Assembly: GCA_018238625.1 (NCBI GenBank)
Contig: JABCSY010000049.1
Coordinates: 1-30,666, forward strand
Origin: Promethearchaeota archaeon
Lineage (GTDB): Archaea; Asgardarchaeota; Lokiarchaeia; Sigyniarchaeales; SOKP01
DNA length: 30,666 bases
Direction: 5' to 3'
The notes beneath the pieces were generated by a model. It was not told the origin of the DNA and ran no database searches. It saw nothing but the letters and a program-made list of their open reading frames with translations. Made by a program: the position numbers and the translations under genes. The stretch's first letter is position 1. The number at the start of each line of letters is the position of its first letter. Of the stretch, positions 25,266 through 30,666 are shown piece after piece.

Positions 25266-26366
25266 ATGAGCAAAGAACAGAATTACAAAGAAGATTTAGA
25301 AGAGACCAGAAAAGAAATTAACGAAATTGACGATCGAATCGTTGATCTGTTGAATAAAAGAGGAAACATCGTAATTAAGATTGGAAATTTAAAGAAAAAT
25401 CTGAATTTAGAAATAGTTCAACCCAAAAGGGAGGTGGAAGTTATCGAGAGAATCAAAAATAAATCAACGATATTCGAAAAAGAAAGTATGGAAGCTATTT
25501 GGAAAGAAATTATTAGCGCAAGTAAGGTTATTCAAGACACAGTTACTAAAGTTGGATATTTAGGGCCAAAGGGCACTTTCACGCACCAAGCAGCCCTTGA
25601 ATCTTTTGCTAAAGCTGGAACGCAATTCATTCCGTGCAACTCAACTTCAGAAATCTTTGATGATGTTGAAAAAGAAATATTAAATTACGGGATTGTTCCA
25701 ATTGAAAATAGTTTTTATGGAACCGTGCGAGAGACGCTCGATTTATTGATTGAAAAAGAACTATTTATTTACGGAGAAGTCGAGATGAGAGTCGTCCAGA
25801 ATTTAATAGGCTTAAAAGAAGCAGAAATTTCTCTCGTAAAAAATGTTTTTTCACACCCCCAAGCATTTGCTCAAACCAAATCGTGGTTAAAAAGCAACCT
25901 ACCAAGCTCAAATTTAATTGATATTAGCTCAACTGCCGAAGCTATGCGGAAAATTAAAGAGTTAGCTGATAAATCTTACGCGGCGATTGGCACTGATTTT
26001 GCTGCGAGTATATACGATTTGAAAGTTCTGAACTCGAATATAGAAGATGACCCCTCTAACTTTACAAGGTTTTTAATTATTTCTAAACTAGAAAATCCAT
26101 TAAAAGCTGAAAAAATGAAAACATCAATCGTGTTTGTAACTAAACACATACCAGGAGCTCTATATTGGGTTTTAAAAATTTTTTCAGAGGCAGAGATCAA
26201 TTTGTCAAAAATCGAGTCAAGACCAAGAAAAAAAGGAAGGTGGGAATACATCTTTTTTATGGATTTTGAAGCTGACAAAAACGATCCTAGAGCGAAAAAA
26301 GCGCTCGAGCAAATGAAATCAAGCGTGATTTGGCAAAAAATCTTAGGAACATACCCTCTTAAATAA
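25266..26366 (+). CDS. pheA: Bifunctional chorismate mutase / prephenate dehydratase with an ACT domain
   Basis: R.EI..ID..IV.LL..R (CM type II); YLGPKGTFT, VPIENS, SHPQA and NFTRF (PDT); PGAL and INLSKIESRP (ACT). ATG 25266 follows GGGTGA. Confidence 0.95.
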   Translation: MSKEQNYKEDLEETRKEINEIDDRIVDLLNKRGNIVIKIGNLKKNLNLEIVQPKREVEVIERIKNKSTIFEKESMEAIWKEIISASKVIQDTVTKVGYLGPKGTFTHQAALESFAKAGTQFIPCNSTSEIFDDVEKEILNYGIVPIENSFYGTVRETLDLLIEKELFIYGEVEMRVVQNLIGLKEAEISLVKNVFSHPQAFAQTKSWLKSNLPSSNLIDISSTAEAMRKIKELADKSYAAIGTDFAASIYDLKVLNSNIEDDPSNFTRFLIISKLENPLKAEKMKTSIVFVTKHIPGALYWVLKIFSEAEINLSKIESRPRKKGRWEYIFFMDFEADKNDPRAKKALEQMKSSVIWQKILGTYPLK

Positions 26367-26514
26367 AATTCGCATAAAAATACTAATTCTTTATTTCTAA
26401 CTGCTTTTCTAAAAGTATTTTAATCATTTTTTTTTTCATTAAGTGTATAAAATATTTTTAAAACTCACTTCATATATCTTAAAATACAATTGATAAAAAT
26501 CTGGTTTTATCTAA

Positions 26515-27240
26515 ATGGTTGGAAATGTAAGATTTGACGGAAGAACTTTCGATGAAATTAGGAAAACAACTATCGAAAGGGACTTTTTAAAGTACCCCGA
26601 AGGTTCCGTGTTAATCACTCAAGGAAACACAAAAGTAATCGTTACTGCCTCCGTTCTGGAAAATGTTCCGAGGTTTTTGGTAGATACAGGGTCGGGTTGG
26701 ATAACCGCAGAATATAATATGTTACCAAGAGCGACCCAAAATAGAAACAACAGAGAAAGAGAAAGAAAGGTAAAGGGTAGAACTCACGAAATACAGCGTT
26801 TAATAGGGAGGAGTATGAGAGCCGCGTTCAATTACGAGAAAATTGGCGAACGTACGATTAGAATTGATTGCGACGTCATACAAGCCGATGGCGGTACGAG
26901 ATGTGCCTCGATCACAGGAGCCTTTGTTGCCGTTTTTGACGCCATCAATTTCTTATATAACGAACAAAGAATATACGAGTTTCCCGATTACAAGGTCACT
27001 GCGGGCATATCGCTTGGTCTTAAAAATAACAAGGTTCTTTTAGACCTAAATTACGAAGAAGATTCTAAAGTAGATGTCGATTTTAACTTAGTAGCGAACG
27101 AAGATTTAGAAATTCTCGAAATTCAAGGAACTGCGGAAGGATTACCGTTTAATAAGGAGAAACTAAACGAAATAATCGAAGTCGGAGAAAAGGGTATAAT
27201 GGAATTGATTAAAATTCAAAAAAATGTATTGAACTTATAA
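26515..27240 (+). CDS. rph: Ribonuclease PH, bacterial type
   Basis: GWITAEYNMLPRAT, GRTHEIQRLIGRSMRA, GERTIRIDCDVIQADGGTRCASITG, DLNYEEDS and EIQGTAEG. Confidence 0.92.
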   Translation: MVGNVRFDGRTFDEIRKTTIERDFLKYPEGSVLITQGNTKVIVTASVLENVPRFLVDTGSGWITAEYNMLPRATQNRNNRERERKVKGRTHEIQRLIGRSMRAAFNYEKIGERTIRIDCDVIQADGGTRCASITGAFVAVFDAINFLYNEQRIYEFPDYKVTAGISLGLKNNKVLLDLNYEEDSKVDVDFNLVANEDLEILEIQGTAEGLPFNKEKLNEIIEVGEKGIMELIKIQKNVLNL

Positions 27241-27325
27241 TTTTATCTTTTTATTTCTAATCTTTTTAAAAACAAGCTAATTCTGAATTATCTTCTTCAG
27301 ACTAAAAAAGAAAAAGAAAAAATGA

Positions 27326-27415
27326 TTATTTAATTTTATATTTTTTAATTTTAAGTAAACTTGTTGTTATAATAACAATTGTTAGACACAATAACACAAT
27401 GTTGAATCCTGGGAT
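27326..27415 (-). other. Loki-CTERM-type C-terminal sorting signal
   Basis: IPGFNIVLLCLTIVIITTSLLKIKKYKIK. Confidence 0.75.
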
Positions 27416-30400
27416 TTCTGGTGGTTCTTGCTGGCCACTACTCTTTATTACGATAACTTCTTGATAAACCTCATTACCCGCTTTATCTCTCGCATAGAAT
27501 CTTATCGTTACGGCACCAATTGGTGCGTTATTCCAAGCAATCGAATCTATATAACCAGTCAATTCCGTAAAGTCTATTGTTGTAGCGCCCCCATCGAGAG
27601 TATACCAAGTTGTATCCATATTCACTTCATCAATTGTTAAGTTAAAATGGGGTGGTAAGGCTGTAAAGATCTCTCCAGTTAATGGTGAATTGATTGTAAT
27701 TACTGGATCTAAAGTGTCTTTATTAATTAATACATCAGTATAATATATTTGTCCAAGTGTATCGTTAGCATAGAATCTAATTGTTACCTGCCCATCTAAT
27801 TGATCGTCCCATTCGGTCTGATCTATCGTTCCAGTGAGCCCCGTAAAGGTGATATTTGTAAGCCCGCTATCTATTGTGTACCAAGTAGTGTTTAAGTTTG
27901 GTTCCGTAATAGATATGTCAAAAATAGGAGCTGCTGAACCATAATAATCATCTGCATTCGGTGAATTAATGATTATCGAAGGTAACATCGTATCCTTCTC
28001 AACTAAGACTTCTGCAAAATTAATATGTCCGAAAGTATCGTTAGCATAAAATCTAATTGTTACTTGCCCATCTACTTGATCGTCCCATTCGGTCTGATCT
28101 ATCGTTCCAGTGAACCCCGTAAAGGTGACATTCGTAAGCCCGCTATCTATTGTGTACCAAGTAGCGTTTAAGTTTGGCTCCGTAATAGATATATCAAAAT
28201 TAGGAGCTAATGAATCATAGTGTTCATTTTGAAACGGAGAATTAATTGTTATGATAGGACTTAAATTATCAACAGAGAAGTATTGTAAATCAGAGCTGTA
28301 AATCGTTCCAAGGGAATCGTTTCCGAATACTTGAATATTGTGATTTCCATCTTCTGGAAGAGGAATTGTTGTATTCCCTATAATCGTCTTATTAATTGTT
28401 CCATCTAAAGAATAACCGATCCAATCTAAATTAGTAGCTTTCTCAAAACTAAGTAGCAAACCTTCGTCTAAATTATCGCCTATATTATAATCAGAATCCC
28501 ATGAATATCCGACTGCATCAAAGTAAAAGCTTCCAGTATAAGCGTAATTTGGACCAAAATAAATTCTATCTATAGACGCTACGTTTTGCTTAAATGCGAC
28601 GCTACTTGCCTCAAGAACTCCATTAACATAAAAATCTGCTGTATCCGTTGAAGTATCAAAAGCAACTTTTATGTGGAACCAGGTTTGATCGCTGTAATCA
28701 CCTGCTGCAATTTCCAAATATCCAGCGCCTTGATATGCTTCGAACTTGCCATTATTATTATAATCTATTCTTATCCCCGTAGCAATAACTCCCGCCGACC
28801 TAAGTTCGAAACCTGCTTGAGTACTACCGCTCTCTTTACGGACGTAAAACTCTACAATCCCCGTTGTTTGCGACGTAAAGGTCTGTAGTAAATAGGGGTA
28901 TCCGTTGGTAACAGTATCAACCACCTGTACGACTTTCTTACGACCCCCGAGTTCGGATACTACTTGGGCAGTACCCCCCGTAGCTATTCCTAAAAACCAT
29001 TCTTGAGGGATTGTCCCGTCTAAATCGTTTTCAAACCCGTAAGTTGCGGGATAATACCCATCCATTGGTTCTGTATAAGTTATATTTTCAGGTGTGAATA
29101 TAGTAATATGCTTAACTGTAAAATGTCTCATATCAGATTCATACATCGTTCCTAGTGAATCGTTTCCAAACATTTGAATTCGATGTTGACCATCTTCTGG
29201 CATTGGAAGGGTAGTATTACCGAAAATGGTTTTATTCGCGTTTCCGTCCAATGAGTAACCTTTCCAATCTAAAGTGGTAGTATTATCATAACTTAGCAAT
29301 AAACCCTCGTTAAGATTATCTCCAATAGTATAATCAGAATCCCAAGAAAATCCAAACGCGTCGTAGTAAAAATACCCTCCAGAATCAGCCCAGTAGCCGT
29401 TGTAAAACATTAAACTTTTTACATCAAGTTTATTTTCTAGAAAAGTATAATGACCATAAAGTACTCCGTTGATGTATACATGCCAAGTGTATTGAGAAAG
29501 TCCTTGATAACTTCCCGTCGAGCATTCAAACTCAAGGTTAATATGATACCAAGTGTTTGACGAACACGCTACTATGTTTCCAAGACCATTATAGCGAAAA
29601 TATCCATTATCTACTCCAAAAATGATGCCATGTCCTCCTTCAGTTGCGCTAAAATAAATGTTATAACCAAGATTAACATTTGAAACTCTACACCAAAATT
29701 CTACAGAGCCATAAGTTTGTCCACCATCGTCAATATGATGAGTGACTTGATTTCTTCCATTAGTTGTGCTATCATATGTCTCTAGTACTTTTTTATGCCC
29801 GTCAAGTTCGGCTATTATTTTGGAATAACTACTAGATTCAGACTTGTCATAATCTACAAATCTTATATCTTCTCCCATATTGTCATTATTTTCGTCCTCA
29901 AATCCATAAATGCTGGGGTAATATCCGCTCATTGGCTCAGTATAAGTCGTATTTTCGGGGGTATCAATGTATATATTATGAGATGAATTAATAGTAAAAT
30001 GCTTGATATTTGATTCATACATTGTTCCTAGTGAATCGTTTCCAAACACTTGAATTCGATGTTGACCATCTTCTGGCATTGGAAGGGTAGTATTACCGAA
30101 AATGGTTTTATTCGCGTTTCCGCCCAAAGAATAACCTTGCCATTCTAAATTCGTGGTATTTGAATAACTTAGCAATAAACCCTCGTTGAGATTATCTCCA
30201 AGAGTATAATCAGAATTCCAAGAAAAATCAAATGCGTCGTAGTAAAAATAACCTCCAGAATCGGCCCAGTAGCCGTTGTAAAACATGATACTTTTTACAT
30301 CAGGTTTATTTTCTAGAAAAGTATAATGACCATAAAGTACTCCGTCGATGTATACATGCCACGAGTATTGAGAAAGTCCTTGATAATTACCCGTCGAGCA

Positions 30401-30666
30401 TTCAAACTCAAGGTTAATATGGTACCAAGTGTTTGACGAACACGCAACAATGTTCCCTAGACCATTATAGCGGAAATATCCATTATCTACTCCAAAAATA
30501 ATACCGTATCCTCCTTCAGTTGCGAGGAAATAAATATCATTACCAAGATTAACATTTGAAACTCTAAACCAAAATTCTACAGAGCCATAAGTTTGTCCAC
30601 CATCGTCAATATGATGAGTGACTTGATTTCTTCCATTAGTTGTGCTATCATATGTCTCTAGTACTT
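27326..30666 (-). CDS. Large surface protein, 5'-partial: LamG/ConA-like and Ig-like tandem repeats with a Loki-CTERM-type tail
   Basis: The frame is open from 30664 (VLETYDSTTNG…) to the stop at 27326. Motifs GSVEFW, NTWYHI, YINGV and FYYDA; C-terminal IPGFN-TM-KIKKYKIK. Confidence 0.85.
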   Translation of the reverse strand, partial: VLETYDSTTNGRNQVTHHIDDGGQTYGSVEFWFRVSNVNLGNDIYFLATEGGYGIIFGVDNGYFRYNGLGNIVACSSNTWYHINLEFECSTGNYQGLSQYSWHVYIDGVLYGHYTFLENKPDVKSIMFYNGYWADSGGYFYYDAFDFSWNSDYTLGDNLNEGLLLSYSNTTNLEWQGYSLGGNANKTIFGNTTLPMPEDGQHRIQVFGNDSLGTMYESNIKHFTINSSHNIYIDTPENTTYTEPMSGYYPSIYGFEDENNDNMGEDIRFVDYDKSESSSYSKIIAELDGHKKVLETYDSTTNGRNQVTHHIDDGGQTYGSVEFWCRVSNVNLGYNIYFSATEGGHGIIFGVDNGYFRYNGLGNIVACSSNTWYHINLEFECSTGSYQGLSQYTWHVYINGVLYGHYTFLENKLDVKSLMFYNGYWADSGGYFYYDAFGFSWDSDYTIGDNLNEGLLLSYDNTTTLDWKGYSLDGNANKTIFGNTTLPMPEDGQHRIQMFGNDSLGTMYESDMRHFTVKHITIFTPENITYTEPMDGYYPATYGFENDLDGTIPQEWFLGIATGGTAQVVSELGGRKKVVQVVDTVTNGYPYLLQTFTSQTTGIVEFYVRKESGSTQAGFELRSAGVIATGIRIDYNNNGKFEAYQGAGYLEIAAGDYSDQTWFHIKVAFDTSTDTADFYVNGVLEASSVAFKQNVASIDRIYFGPNYAYTGSFYFDAVGYSWDSDYNIGDNLDEGLLLSFEKATNLDWIGYSLDGTINKTIIGNTTIPLPEDGNHNIQVFGNDSLGTIYSSDLQYFSVDNLSPIITINSPFQNEHYDSLAPNFDISITEPNLNATWYTIDSGLTNVTFTGFTGTIDQTEWDDQVDGQVTIRFYANDTFGHINFAEVLVEKDTMLPSIIINSPNADDYYGSAAPIFDISITEPNLNTTWYTIDSGLTNITFTGLTGTIDQTEWDDQLDGQVTIRFYANDTLGQIYYTDVLINKDTLDPVITINSPLTGEIFTALPPHFNLTIDEVNMDTTWYTLDGGATTIDFTELTGYIDSIAWNNAPIGAVTIRFYARDKAGNEVYQEVIVIKSSGQQEPPEIPGFNIVLLCLTIVIITTSLLKIKKYKIK
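27759..28208 (-). repeat. Near-identical Ig-like repeat pair, 276-nt offset
   Basis: FDISITEPNLN.TWYTIDSGLTN.TFTG.TGTIDQTEWDDQ.DGQVTIRFYANDT occurs twice; a third diverged copy follows. Confidence 0.9.
29135..30666 (-). repeat. 876-nt (292-aa) tandem repeat unit
   Basis: MFYNGYWADSGG at 30286 and 29410. 30016-30666 closely matches 29140-29790. Confidence 0.92.

Noticed and set aside
5208-29986. Short overlapping ORFs in the track (for example 5208, 5774, 7253, 9563, 9921, 11962, 12490, 12856, 14222, 14454, 18606, 20422, 20839, 21343, 25976, 26843, 27428, 28673, 29795)
   Set aside because: They are antisense or alternate-frame shadows of well-supported genes and have no recognisable motifs.
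29140-30666. Diversity-generating retroelement TR/VR pair
   Set aside because: Differences between the copies involve all bases (for example TTT/TGT, TTC/TTT, CCT/CTT) rather than only adenines, both copies are in-frame coding, and no reverse transcriptase is in the window.

Overview
AT-rich archaeal DNA, most likely from a Lokiarchaeia (Asgard, Promethearchaeota) genome. Evidence: two IPG[YF]-TM-Lys/Arg C-terminal sorting tails (Loki-CTERM type), archaeal TyrRS/PheRS/PPAT, DUF1512, a Vps29-like phosphoesterase, and GGTGA/TGTGA-type ribosome-binding sites. The window holds about 20 CDS: two large repeat-rich surface proteins (an S8 protease and a LamG/Ig protein cut off by the window end), tyrS, ppdK, a non-autonomous IS607 element (dead tnpA, intact tnpB with a rearranged RuvC), a HAD hydrolase, an SCP2 / CBS-tetraspan / RGG-zinc-ribbon membrane cluster, coaD, a membrane histidine kinase whose sensor resembles a VUT/YhhQ transporter, a pheS-pheT-pheA cluster, and a bacterial-type RNase PH. 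The most striking unannotated signal is a 29-codon Phe-rich ORF (…FIFGFF…) overlapping mutually exclusive stems upstream of pheS-pheT-pheA, which resembles a bacterial pheM/pheL attenuation leader in an archaeon. Other notable signals are apparent ATA/ATT start codons (pheT, coaD) and a 113-bp gene remnant that, with its intact copy, brackets the protease gene. No tRNA, rRNA or CRISPR array was seen. All family assignments come from motif recognition by eye, not from database searches.
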